From NCBI RefSeq assembly GCF_006345805.1, contig NC_043003.1:31744001-31808000 (forward strand): a stretch of 64,000 bases of DNA. Direction: 5' to 3'. The notes below the pieces were generated by a model. The model saw only the letters and a program-made list of their open reading frames with translations, was not told the DNA's origin and did not search any database. This DNA comes from Octopus sinensis (Eukaryota). Within the stretch, counting starts at the first letter, position 1. Each line of letters opens with the position of its first letter. A program made the translations under genes and the position numbers. Of the stretch, positions 25,153 through 37,815 are shown piece by piece.

Positions 25153-26630
25153 TACGGCTATAAAATGTTTGATAAAAATATAAATCATCTCATTTACATG
25201 GATGATTTAAAGCTCTTTGCAAAAAATAACCAACGGTTACAGGGCTTAATAACGATTGTCAAACAATTTATCAGGATGCAATTTGGCCTCAATAAATGTG
25301 TAAAAGCTACTTTTACCAAAGGAAAAACAGCCAACGTTAATCTTTACCAGCAGAATGTCATAAAGGAGCTAGAACCAGCGGAGAGCTACAAATACCTAGG
25401 GGTATTTGAAGGGGACGGAATCAAACATGAGGGAAAGGATCAGAAAAGAATGTTATCGCAGGGTAGGGTAAAACTCAAGACGGAGCTGAATGCAAGAAAC
25501 AGGATCGAAGCGATCAATACTTTCGACATACCGATCGTGATTTAATCGATCGTTTCAATATCGTTAACTGGTCAATTACTGAAATATGTAATCTTGACAG
25601 AAAATACGAAAATTGTTGACAATGCATAGAATGCACCACCCTAATGCAGATATAGAACGACTTTACCTGCCAAGAAAAAAGGCTGGCCATGGACATTTAC
25701 AACTGAAATTAACAATGAAGATTGCCACAATTGGACTAGACCCCTGTCTGAAAAACTCTGATGACTGGACGTTAAAACTTGTCTCAAAGCATGAAAACAA
25801 GAAAACATCATACTCAGTAACAAAACAGGGAAAAGATACGTAAGTGAATTCCAAATATAAGAAATTCCAGAATTAGACGTACTACAAAGAAGCACAGAAA
25901 AAGCTAGGCGTATGAAAAACCGTACTAAAACTGCTGCTAACGACTTAGAAGAAGAAGAAGAAGAAGAAGAAGAAGAAGAAGAGAAGAAGAAGAAGAAGAA
26001 ATAATGAGGAGGAGGAGGAGAGAAGAAGAAAGAAGAAGAAGAAGAAGAATAAGAAAAAGAAGAAGAAGAAGAAGAATAAGAAGAAGAAAGAAGAAGAAAG
26101 AAGAAAAGAAGAAAGAAAAGAACAGCAAAATCCTGTGAAAAAATGAAATCCAAACTAAAATTAGAACAGCAACGGACCATGATAAAACGATGGCAAGAAA
26201 AGCCCATTCATGACAAATACTGGTCTAAACTAAACGCAAAAGAAATAGACAAAGCAAAATCTCTGCAATGGCTGAGAAGCTAATGACTCAAAGTAGAGAC
26301 TGAAGGATTTTAAAATGCAGCACAAGACCAAAGCCTCCCTACCAGAAATTACCAAAAACATATAATGAAAAGAAACACAACAAGTAACTGCAGAATATGT
26401 GGAGATGGACAAGAAACAATAAATCATATTGTCTCTGGCTGCCCAGTCCTGGCTAAGGAAGAATATATTCATAGACATGACAGAGTTGTAACCTACATAC
26501 ACTGGAAGCTATGCCAATACGGTGATATAAGGACATCACAGGAAACCACAGCACATACCCAGGGTACACAGAGCTGCGCTCGGTAGTGAAGTGAAAGCAC
26601 GTTATAATAATATAACTACTGAATAATAAT
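25150..26630 (+). mobile_element. R4/Dong-clade RLE LINE relic (RT C-terminal half to 3' end, internally deleted)
   Basis: INHLIYMDDLKLFAK, MQFGLNKC, YKYLG, HHPNADIERLYLPRK, CRICGDGQETINHIVSGC (CCHC) and RHDRVVTYIHW. Preceded by (AAT)n and followed by AAT-rich tail. Confidence 0.88.
25947..26121. repeat. (GAA)n/(GGA)n tract inside the R4/Dong relic
   Basis: Directly visible. Confidence 0.95.
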
Positions 26631-26929
26631 AATATATGGGGGTTGATGCAAAAAAGAATTGAGAAATATCAGGACCATGCCAGAGGGAGGAATATATTTT
26701 GGAAGACTAAGACGATAAATATTCCTGTGCAAATTGGTGCACTTGTTTGTTTCATCATCCAAAATTCCCCCTAAGACACTGAAGTATACTTGAATCGTTA
26801 CTCTCATTACTGGTCGTCAGAAAATTGCAATTCTGTATTCAGCAAAAGGTTTAATATAGGTTCTTGAGAGAGATTTGAGCATACTTTTAACGTTTTGCTA
26901 AATAATAAAGCATATAATACGGACAAAAA

Positions 26930-27410
26930 CCAAGCCTGCCTATGAGTTTACCAAACACAAACAGAAAATAAATCATCTAATATGTCTGGACGATATCAAG
27001 CTATATAGAAGAAAAAATGAGATAGATCTGGACTCTTTGATCTAAACAGCGAAATTATTCCGTAAAGATATTGGAATGCAGTTTGGAGTAAATAAAAGCT
27101 CGGTGCTCATTATGAAGACAGGCCGGGAAGTAAATTTCTGATGGTTTAAAATCAGCTCAAAACAATGTCTTTAGATAACTGTGGAATAATGAGGGCTAAA
27201 CGTGTCTAGGAGAGATGCAAGACGATATGATTATGAAAGGAGAAATGAGTCACTGAAGAGAACAAGAGGAGAATGAAAAAGTGGCTTGAAATAAAACTAG
27301 ATGCTGGGAACTTCATAAAAGCGGAAATGGAAAAATGTTGAGCGACAGAGTTTGGATGGAAGATCGAGAAAGCTGATCTAAATGCACAAAGCACTCCACC
27401 CTAAAAGTAA
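26930..27410 (+). mobile_element. Second R4/Dong-clade LINE fragment (RT)
   Basis: INHLICLDDIKLY, KDIGMQFGVNK, KLDAGNFIKA and HKALHPKSNV motifs, with frameshifts. Confidence 0.75.
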
Positions 27411-27516
27411 TGTGCTGTGGTTTCCTGTGATGCCCTTATATCACAGTATTGGCAGAGCTTCCAGTGTATGTAGGTTACAACTCTGTCGTGTCTGTGAATA
27501 TATTCCTTCTTAGCCA
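27410..27516 (-). repeat. Inverted copy of 26450-26556 (LINE RHD region plus 3' segment)
   Basis: Its reverse complement aligns to 26450-26556 with about 7 differences in 107 bp (counted by eye). Confidence 0.9.
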
Positions 27517-27979
27517 CGAGTGTGGAAGCTTTGGGCGGACGAAATGCCGACAGCTCTCCACTTTACTATATATTTTAATTATGATCCTTTCTACTATAGG
27601 CACAAAAGCCCGAAATTTTGGTGGGGGGGAATAAACGTGACTAAAATAAACGTAATTAAAATAAAAACAAGACAAATGAAAATAACAATTACAACGAAAA
27701 GAACTCTGATGAAGTAAACAATAGAATGCTTGAGATGAAAACGTATATATGGTGAAAGCTGTACTTTCTAGTAAAACAAATTCATATTGATACTGAAAAA
27801 TGAAAGATACAAATTATTTCCTAGTGTTAAAGTACAGAGTAAAAGAGGGATAAGAAAGAGACACGAAAGAGGTTAATTATATACACAGTGAAAGATTAAA
27901 TGTTAAATAGTGTTTATGTTATGGAATACTGTAGGTTTGACTAAGTATGATACTGTATTTCATATTATTTGAGTATGTT

Positions 27980-28442
27980 GCTCTGGAAATCGGAGTCGTT
28001 TGCCAGATATATGCAAGAAAATTGAGCTTCATTTTGTGGATTGAAAGGACATTGTGTTTATTGACTGAATTCCAAAGTGTAATACCATCAACGGAGTGTA
28101 CTATAACAATAATAATGAAGCAGTTAGAAAAGGTTATCAAAACCAAACATTCAGGAAAGCGAACGTCGTCTTGTTCATCAGAACAATGAGCCAGCACGCA
28201 AGTCCTTTCAACAAGTTGATCACCCTCCCTATTTTCCGCTGTGATGATGATGACATATATGTTGTTGATGGCTTTCTCCCTATCGACCATCGAAAGCTTC
28301 TTCCTCAATGGGATTCAAGCACTGCAACATTAATGGAATAAGTGTGTGGACCGCAAGGGGTCTATGTTGAAAAATAAATCTCATTTGGTCCCATTTCATG
28401 AGATTATCTTGGTCAGCCTATGAACTTTTCAGCCGGCACTCG
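27980..28442 (+). mobile_element. Mariner relic, 3' part with right TIR
   Basis: VDHPPY-like GTTGATCACCCTCCCTATT; GIQALQH*WNKCVDRKGVYVEK*; TIR AGCCTATGAACTTTTCAGCCGGCACTCG followed by TA. Confidence 0.75.
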
Positions 28443-28513
28443 TATATATGTAGGTGTGTGTGTGCGTGTGTGAGTATATGTGCGTGTAAATACACACATA
28501 CATTCACACACTC

Positions 28514-28548
<35 letters not shown>

Positions 28549-29861
28549 TCTATGTATATATCCAGCCATATATATTTTTTAATGTTTGTAAGCCTGTTAT
28601 ATTTCATTCATTTCTCTCTTTCTCTCTTTCTCTCTCTTTCCCTGTTTCTATCTGTCTTCGGATTTTTTTGCAAAGAAAACTGACCTTTGGAGATGGAGTT
28701 TAACAAACAGTAGTAATACATACACAAATAGAATTAGTATTTCTGATAAGATCATACTGTAGCGTAATCGAGAGACATTTCACAAATAAACAACTAAATT
28801 CACCCGAGAATTTTATTCACTGTCGAGCTTCTTCAAAGTTCTCAACTTGCCCTTTATTTTGACCTCAGCAATGCAGCAGAATCTGTATGAAGAAGGCGGA
28901 AGGTGGATATGAATGCGACAATGGAGCGCCAGCCTAAGTACATAATAGTGTTTAGTTTCGTCACCCCAGTGAGATTCAGAAAAGAAATCACACCAGGTTT
29001 GATTTTACATTTCATCTCTAGGGGGACTGAAAATATAAGAACCAATTGTATATTGCTTTGTAATGAATCAACGATGCTGAATCCATTACAGTAATTAACT
29101 TTGTAGTCGAATTACAAATGAAATTTGAAAATGCTAGATGGTTTGTTTGCTGAGACTAGAGGGCGTCAAATAGTTCGCGGTTTTATTGATTTATAGTTCA
29201 AACCCAACCAATGTTCGTTTGTTTGTTTTCTTTCATCTTTGATTTTAACAAACACACACATTCACATAAATCACACCTATACATGCAGACCACCTCCAAT
29301 GCATGAACACAAGCGTGTACACATATATGAATTAAGAAATGCAATGGGACATAATACACATGGAAACACTACAAAAACTTTTACTGACTTAAATTTAATT
29401 AACACGCATTTAATTTCACAGAGAAAATAGAGTTAATGGTTTAGCAATACGGATATCTCTGCGGTACGAGCCTAGGAAGATATCGACTAATTTCGGCTAT
29501 CTCCGGATAATCGAAATGCTTGTTTCTTTCGTTTTACAGAGAGAAATAACTACTGAAAACTACTTTAGGATAAATACACATGGGTAACAAAATCTAGAAA
29601 TTTTAAGATTTCTATAATGTGTAGGAGAAAGAAATATTGGTTTCAAATGTTGACACGAGGCCAGCAGTTTTGGGCAAAGATGTTCTAGTGGTACTTATTT
29701 TATAGTTCAATACTCTAAGTGAGGCGCAGACAGACAGCCGACAACTGATGAACGGTCGTTCCTTGTGTTACTTGTCCTGTTTTCCATCTTTTTCTCGTTG
29801 TTTCCATATTTAACACGTTTAATTTCGTATTTCATGTTGTTTACAGTCGGTGACATCCTGT

Positions 29862-29906
<45 letters not shown>

Positions 29907-30277
29907 CAAAATTTAGAGGACAGACCACTAAAAGTGAACAGCCTATATGCTAAACATAGACATCAAATCGCTATTATCACGAAGAATGTGTTTTCAAAAA
30001 AATCTCAGCAATAAACTAAAAAAATAAGCAAGGCAAATGAAAATATACGAAATAAAAAACTATTACCTATGTACCATTGGTTTCACTTGTTAATATTTAC
30101 GTATATGTACACGCAAACATCTGCAAGATCATCAGCATAGTCTGCCTTGCTTATTTCTACCTTTTGGTTTATTGCTGAGTTTTTTCTTGAGAACACATTC
30201 TTCGTGGTAATGGCGACTTGACATCTATGTTTAGCATATAGGCTGTCCACTTTTAGTGGTCAGTCCTCTAAATTGTG
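29907..30277. mobile_element. MITE with about 125-bp TIRs and TA TSD (Tc1/mariner type)
   Basis: CAAAATTTAGAGGACAGACCACTAAAAGTGAACAGCCTATATGCTAAACATAGA... is mirrored by ...TCTATGTTTAGCATATAGGCTGTCCACTTTTAGTGGTCAGTCCTCTAAATTGTG. TA flanks both ends. Confidence 0.88.
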
Positions 30278-30403
30278 TATGTAGCACAATATTTAATCTT
30301 CGGATTTTTAAAGTATGCTAAGCCACTGGTTTTAATTGATCAATATCAATGTCTATCCTTACTTAATTTTAAATAAAAAATAAAAGTTCTCTAACCGGTA
30401 AAT

Positions 30404-30479
30404 TTACAACAACAACAACGGCAATAATAATAATAATGATAACAATAATAATGATAACAACAACAACAACAACAGCAAC

Positions 30480-30573
<94 letters not shown>
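30404..30573. repeat. (AAC)n/(AAT)n microsatellite
   Basis: Directly visible. Confidence 0.95.
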
Positions 30574-30574
30574 T

Positions 30575-32050
30575 GAAACAAATCATCACTGGATGACAAT
30601 GGGAAAGCCAATGTTATGTGTTAAGGATCCTGAAAAGCGAAATGTTGCATCCAACTTTAGACCAATAACGTTCCTTCTGCTACCGTAGAAACTAATGTCA
30701 GGTACTTTGGCCGGTGAACTGTATAGATATTTGGAAAAAAGTGTGCTGCTACCCATTGAACAGAAAAGGTCTCGAAAAAGGAACTGGAGAAAAAAGGATC
30801 AGTTCTTAATTGATAATCTAATTATTAGGAACTGCAAGAGAAGACATACAAACCTGAGCACGGCATGGGTTGACTATCGCAAAGCGAACGATATGATATG
30901 GATAATAAGAACAGTGGAATGTGTAGAGTAGTAGAGAATATTAGAAACTTTATATGGAATAACTTGAAAAACTGGAAAACGGAATTGACAGCAGGGGAGC
31001 GAGTACTAGGAGTGGTAAATTATCAAGAGAAGAGTCTTGCAAGGGTCAGTGTGTTCCCATTGATATTCTTGCTGTGAATAACCCCCTTCAGTGAAAAACT
31101 ACAGAAAATAAAGTTGGGATATGATCTGGGAAGCGGTAAAGGAAAACTAGACCACTTACTATTCATGAACAACCCGAAGATATTCGCAAAAACTGAGGCA
31201 GAACTGGACAGCCCAGTCTGTGCAGTTTTTTGCCAATGCTATTAGGATGGATTTTGGACTCTCTAAAATTTGCAACGATGGTGATGATACAAGGAAAGCT
31301 TGTCTGTACAGAAGGCACGTTTGCGAAGTGATGAAATGATGAAGGCAATTCAACCTCAATCCTTCTATAAATAACTGGAAATACTTGAAGCAGATAGAAA
31401 CAAACACCACGAAATGAAGGAAAAGACAAAAAGAGAGTAATTACAGTGAGTGAGAAAAATACTGGCTTCAAAGCTGAGTGTCAGAAACATAATTTCCGCA
31501 ATAAACTGACGCGCTGTCCAGTCGCAGTAGTTCGGTATGGCGCTGAAGTCCAGAAGTGGACAGAGGAGGACTACGTCCAGACACTCGTAACCTATACATG
31601 AACAGAGCAAATGGAGAAAGGGGATTGATGAGTCTGGAAGACTGCGTGTGTATCGAACTCGAGGGCGCAATGAGATACGTAGCCCGAAGTAAAGAGACCT
31701 CTCTAGTGACAGTTAGGCACTAGAGAGTATTGAGAGCATAGAAAATAGGGAAAGTAAAGAAAGGGTTGAAAATATTTGGAGACTAATAGATGTAAGGGTG
31801 CCCTCTCATAAAAAAATATGTATAAAGGAATTTGACAAATTAAGGAAATATTAGGACCTGGAAATTGAAAATTGAAATTCAAAAGATGTGGTACCTTAAA
31901 GCAAAAACTGTTACTGTTGTTGAGTTGCCGTAGGCATGATAAAAAGAGATGTCAGAAAAATGTACACAACATTCCAGGAGAGCTATGTCTCAAAGAAATT
32001 CAAAAGATTGTGCTGACAAGTACTGCGCACAGCCATAGAAAAACTCTATC
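30575..32050 (+). mobile_element. Third R4/Dong-clade RLE LINE relic (RT N-terminus to C-terminus, multiply deleted)
   Basis: WMTMGKPMLCVKDPEKRNVASNFRPIT; LLPIEQK..KDQFLIDN..RRHTNLSTAWVDYRKAND; RLE remnant LIDVRVPS..KEFDKLRKY*DLEIE; EIQKIVLTSTAHSHRKTLSI*. Begins immediately after (AAT)n. Confidence 0.88.
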
Positions 32051-32952
32051 CATTTAAATGTCTGTGTTGTATTACATGGAGATATTTCGCTGCTGCTCCT
32101 GTCACTTTTCCCTTCCCAAGCTTTCACTTTAAAAATACATTTATTATTTATACATGCATTACAAGCACACACACACGCACACACACACACATATATATAG
32201 TGTATTATTCAGACCTACCTAGGCATATCAATAGATTGATAGCTTTATATATGTATGTGAATGTGTGGATGTACGGGTAAATGTGTTTTAGAGAGGAATG
32301 AGAGAAAAGAGAGGCAAGGGAGTTGGAAGGGGATAAATATTGTAATTTGAGTGAAGTATTTTTAAGAGCGTTTATTTTCGGCATACAATTTTTCATTCAC
32401 TCACATATACGCATGTGAACACTTAGATATATACACACATACATACATACATACATACATACATACATACATACATACATACATACATACATACATGCAT
32501 ACATACTTACATACATACGAACATACATACATACACGCACATACAACAAGCAAACAACCCTACACACAAACACACCCACTCACCAACACACACACACGCA
32601 CACACACACAAACGTACAAACACAGAAGCACACCCATGTGCATACTTACATAGAGAAATACGTAATTGCACATGTTTTCCTCGTTTTAATGAAATTGCAT
32701 GGTGCCCCTTTAGATCATATTTTACTGTTATTATATATATATTGCCTATATATCATCTAAATATGGCAAGCACCTTTTGAAGGCACACATCTGAGATAGG
32801 AAGAGCCCAAGCCGCACTGAGTGGCCTTAGACAACATATCTATTTCTTGTTATTCCTTATCTATTACTCATCAGTGCGTGTGTCAATTGCTCTAAAGAAG
32901 TAATATTAAGTACTCCAATATTTATTTTCCTTCTGTTTTTAATTGTGTGATT

Positions 32953-32984
<32 letters not shown>

Positions 32985-33073
32985 TGTATGTATGTATTAT
33001 GTATGTATGTATGTATGTATGTATGCGTGTATGTGTATATATATATATGTATATATATGTATATATATGTACA

Positions 33074-33118
<45 letters not shown>

Positions 33119-33549
33119 TTGTGTACACACATATACGCATACAAACACACACACACATATATGTATAAATCAAACTAATCAACAAGGATATCTAGAGGTA
33201 ATGCAGTACGATCGTTTCATGCAACTAAATTTCATTGTTAACAATGGAATCATTACATCAATTTAAAATTCAGAGTAATCCTCAGCTGTCAAAAGGCATA
33301 GAATTTAATTAAATTAGAACACATGGACGCATTACTATTATTATACCTAAAATCTCCAAGAAGCTAAAGAGATAGAGAAAGAACATGCTGTCTTCACTCC
33401 AGCGTAGAAGTTACTAAGTTATCAAGAAGATATAAATTGTTACAGACTCTGCCTGTCTAATTCACTGACTTTTGCGAGCTAACTTGTAGCACGAAGAATT
33501 TCGAAGTACCTGCAAAACAGAATATTTTAAGCTATTGGATCAACTCCTT

Positions 33550-33615
<66 letters not shown>

Positions 33616-33790
33616 TGCATGCCTGTGTCTGTTTAAAAAAATATATAAATGTAACTGAATATATATATATACATATATATATATATGTATATAACGGGAA
33701 GGTTTACGAAAATAAACAAAAAACGAAAGTAGGTGGAGTACAAACAAACAAATGTATTAGTATGGCGCTCAGGAATAGAAATAGAACAAG

Positions 33791-33828
33791 TCTTTTACGT
33801 TTTGAGCCTACGCACATCGACAGAAAGA
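33791..33828 (-). ncRNA. Degenerate minimal hammerhead in PLE 3' pLTR
   Basis: Minus strand: TCTTT-CTGTCGA-TGTGC-GTAG-GCTC-AAAAC-GTA-AAAGA. Stem I TCTTT/AAAGA is perfect, but the core is mutated (A6>T, G12>A). Confidence 0.55.
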
Positions 33829-34649
33829 TACACAGAAAAGAAACAAGGAGAGAAACAAGGAGAGAAAAAAATGCGTGTAGGAGCTAACTGTCTATCATGG
33901 CGTTCTGACTTCAGGCAGAGATCAGAGGTCAGAGGTCAGACGTTAGACGCTAGAGAGATAGTAGGGGAGATAGCAGGGTCAAGTGACTTCCAAAACGAAG
34001 GTGGCCCCAACACGAAGGTGCGTGTGTGTATAAGAGAGTATGTATGTGCGTCTGAAAGAGGGCTGGTGGTCTGGACCTGTGTATATATGGATGTATGGGT
34101 GTGGAGATATGGGGATGGGTGTGTAGGTGATGTGTTGTGATATGATATGTGTATGTATGTGTAGGTGTAAAGATGTGGGGATGGGTGTGTGGGCGGTGTG
34201 CTGTGGGTGGTGTGTTGTGATGTGTAATGTCGTATAGTGTAGTGTAGTGTGGTGTGATGTTGTGGGGAGGTGGGGGTCGAGAGTGTGGAAAGCCTATGTG
34301 GGGTGTGGGTTCGGCTGGGGATTGGGGTAGAGTGTTGGTTGTGGGGAGAGTGAGAGGGGGAGAGAAGAGAGCAGAGGGGAGGGAAGAGAGGAGATGAGGG
34401 GGAGAGAGGAGGAGGAAGAGGGAGAGGAGGAGAAGGAGAAGGAGGGGGATGAGGGGAATGGTAGGGAGAGGAGGAGGAGGGGCAGAGAAGGGGAGTGAGG
34501 GAGCAGAGAGAAAGAGAGAAAGAGAAAGAGGGAAGAAGAAAGAAGAGGGAAGAAGGGGAAGAAGGGAAAGAAGGGAAGAAGAGGGAAAGAGAGTAGGGGT
34601 GAAAAGATGAAGGACTGATGAGAAGTAGAAGTAGATGGGGGGGGAGGTT

Positions 34650-36620
34650 AGATGAAAAGGAGGGAGAGTTGAGCCCAAATGGCGTAAAAGAGCGAAGAGA
34701 GAAGATTAATCCCTGTTCACGGCGCGAGCGGGAATCCGGATGGCCTCTGTGCAAGGACAATCCGAACACAGACAGGTGTTGCAAGGAGTGACCAGTGGAG
34801 CGGAAATGGCGAGACTTGTGTGTCATTGGAGAGGTAGGGTGGTGGGGTGGTAAGTGAGGGGAAAAGGGAGGCGGGAGACTGCAGGGCGGGTTCGGGGTGA
34901 GAGAGCAGATGCAAGGTCTACGGAACGTGCTCTGGCAAGGGCGGTGTGGATAGTGGTGAGGGTGTATCCACGTAGGATGAAGTGGCGAGTCATGAGTTGA
35001 GACTGAGTCTCAAAGTCATAGTCGTCACTACAGAGCCTACGTAGACGGAGGAATTGGGAATAGGGGATGAAAAGCTTGGTGCGTTTGGGATGGGAGGAAG
35101 AGAAGTTTAGGTATGAGTGTGAGTGTGTGTTTGTAGTGAATGCAGGCGGTAAGAGTGGAGTGATGGATGCTGACCGAAATGTCGAGGAAGGAGACAGAGG
35201 TGTTGGAGATAGTGCAGGTGAAGTGGAGGGCAGGATGGAAGGATTGAACGAAAGAGAGGAAGGAGTCTAGATGTTCAGGGGAGAGTGAGGTGGCACCGAT
35301 AATGTCGTCAATGTAACGACCGTATAGTTCGGGAGTTACAGGCGGAGACGATGGGGCGGCCAGGGTTGTTGGGCTTGTGGATTTTGGGGAGGAAGTAAAT
35401 GGTGGGGGTGCGTGGGGTTGGATTCGGTGTGGGGGAGTCTGGAGGACAAGATGAGGTCGTGGACAGTAGAAGATACCGTCCGATGGTAGCTAACGTGGGG
35501 TCAGAGGACAGAAGGGAGTAGAAGGAGGTGTCATTGAGTTGGCGGAGCGCCTCGGCCCTGTAGAGGTCCGCGCGCCACACCACAACAGCTTCACCCTTGT
35601 CAGCCGGTTTGATGACAATGTCAGCGCGCCGTCGGAGGGAACGAAGAGCTGAGAGCTCAGCCGGGGAGATGTTGAGGCGGCGGTGGCGCCTGGAGAAGTT
35701 AAACTGCTCCAACGTGCGCAGACAGGCACCCGCGAAAAGATCCACTGCTTGGAACTGGCCGGGGGCAAGCGTCCACAGGGATGGTCGGCAGCCCAGGTCA
35801 GTGAAGCAGTCCTCATCGTTGGATACGGGTGGTATGTCGCGGAAAAACGCACCCAACTGTAGACATCAGCACGCGTCTGGAATTCCTTACGGGATGGAGT
35901 GAGGGGGATGAAACGCAAATCCCTACTGAGGACGGAGCGTTCCGCCGCAGAGAGGGGAAGATCTGGGGGAATGGTAACAACAGACGGAAGTGGAGAAGGG
36001 GTGGATGGAATAGAAGTAGGAGGGGTGGATGGAATATGAGTAGGAAGGGTGGTAGGGCTGGTGGAGGTCTGAGGGGGGAGGTGTGGGGGTTGTTAGGAGG
36101 GACAGTGGGGTTAGGTGTGGATGGGTGGTGCCTATCAGGAGGGGAGAAGGGTAGTGGCGTCGAGTGTCATGGAATAGAGGAGTGATTGGAGTTTACGAAG
36201 TTTGGCATTGGAAAGAAATTGATGCAAGAGGTGATTTAAATGGATAATGAAGCGCAACGTGTTTCGAGCATGGAAGGGCAGCAGAGAGGAGAAAAATATG
36301 GAAAAAGCAGGAGGGAGAAGGCAGTCGATGGTATGTAATTTAGAGAGATTGGAGCGAATGGTGGCACGCATAAGGCGGTAAGATGTGGTGCAGAGTATGG
36401 GTAGGATGGATGAAGCAGAGTGGAGAGCAGGGTGGAAATGGAGGCGGAAACCTTTAGGGATGAGGCGGTGATGTAGGCAGCGGCTTAGAAAAGAGACGTG
36501 GCTAGAGAAGTGGGTTTTTTTTAAAAAAAGGAGCAGAGAGAGGTTAATGGACGGCTGAAAGCAGTTTGAAGGAATTAGGCGGAGGTAGTCTTTGAGTCGA
36601 TGGTGGAGAGGTAGGATTTA
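34650..36620 (-). pseudogene. PLE RT/GIY-YIG ORF, disrupted and internally deleted
   Basis: SHVSFLSRCLHHRLIPKGF; IVIKPADKGEAVVVW; YFLPKIHKPNNPGRPIVSAC; ELYGRYIDDI (YIDD at 35304-35315); SFLDISV; SYLNFSSSHP..IPYSQFLRLRRLCSD; RHFRSTGHS..REQGLIFSL..PFGLN. Confidence 0.88.
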
Positions 36621-37263
36621 TAATCCGGCAAGGTGGAATAGCGAAAAAAAAGACAATCGTTCGAAAAGAAAGACAACCGTTCGAAAGAAATAAAAGCGAA
36701 GAAGATGGGGCAAATAGAAAAATGAAAGAAAAGAAAGGAAGCAGAGAGAGAGAGAGAGAGAGGAGGCAAAAATAAGCGGGTGCAAGCAGAGAAAACAGAG
36801 TATGGACATCTAGAGAAGGAAGAAATGACAGAAAGAAGGACAAAAAATACAGGAAGTGTGGAAAGTATGAAATGAATGTAAAAAATAATAAATAATATAT
36901 GACAAAAATAAAACGAAAAAAATGAAAACGAAGGGGACAGTTTATACGAACAAGTTCAAGGGTAAAAGTGTAGACGTCGTGGTGTATTTCAAGGATTTTA
37001 CATCAATAACAAAATCTCTTTCATCCGTGTAGGAGAGGTGCAGCCAGAGGGTAGGTGTCCTTAGAGGTAAAAAAAATCCAATGGAGAGGTAAGAGTTGGT
37101 AATGGTAGTGGTAGAATATAGGATAAAAGTGAGACTACGTGAGCGCGTGATATATAACGGGAAGGTTTACGAAAATAAACAAACGACGAAGGCAGGTGGA
37201 GTACAAACAAACAAATGTATAAGTATGTCGCTCAGGATGTATGTATTTATATGTGTATATATA

Positions 37264-37815
37264 TAGGGTGCAATGGGTAAACTGACGCCTTTTATTAATT
37301 TTTATTTAGAGTAGGTGCATTGTTTGTTTTTCATTATGTCAACTATACAGTATAGTAGGCTCAGTTGGGCACCGTCCTTGAGAAAACCAGAACTATGACG
37401 TAACTCAGTCTGCCAGAAATTTGGAAACGTCATGCTGTTCCGCTTGACATTCGCACCGCAAGCTCCAATACGAAGATTTCAGAGTGCTTGGGTGTCAATT
37501 TGAGGACAGTGCAGTCTGAGGGCATGTACTGAGAGTGATACAAATCAAACAACCAATCAACGTCTTGGTGATTAGAGTGATCACTAGTGATGGCGATGTT
37601 ATGCCTACATTCATATTCCCACACGGCGTCAGACTCAATACGAAGATCTACATCAAGTAGAGACCAACAGAACTCCTTGTAACACCAAGGATGATTTGAA
37701 GGCAAGGATTATAGCGTAAACAACTTAAACAAGGAGATCATCCAGAAGAGTTGCAGGAGATTCCGAAGTCACCTGGAGGTCATGGATGAAGCCAATGGCG
37801 ATTTTATTGAATAAA
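37264..37815 (+). mobile_element. Tc1/mariner-superfamily relic, internally deleted
   Basis: Starts TA|TAGGGTG. N-terminal KRHAVPLDIRTASSNTKISECLGVNLRTVQ and C-terminal KDDLKARI..SCRRFRSHLEVMDEANGDFIE*. Confidence 0.7.

Larger units (their letters stand above)
33691..37236 (-). mobile_element. Penelope-like element bounded by about 85-bp direct repeats (partial pLTR)
   Basis: Direct repeats at 33691-33774 and 37154-37236 (ATAACGGGAAGGTTTACGAAAATAAAC...AGGTGGAGTACAAACAAACAAATGTAT...GCTCAGGA) enclose a PLE RT/EN relic. Confidence 0.9.

Noticed and set aside
27700-27775. CTGATGA followed by GAAA
   Set aside because: No convincing stems I-III.
33420-33530. Strong-looking minus-strand splice acceptor (TTCTGTTTTGCAG) with nearby GT donors
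   Set aside because: The implied 26-40 nt exon encodes nothing recognisable, and such motifs occur by chance in AT-rich DNA. Similar candidates near 2431 and 51406 were also dropped.
33936-34650. Long Pro/Ser/Leu/His-rich ORFs (296 and 242 aa)
   Set aside because: Apart from the first 55 or so residues (PLE endonuclease tail), this is low-complexity purine/pyrimidine-biased sequence of the PLE 3' region.
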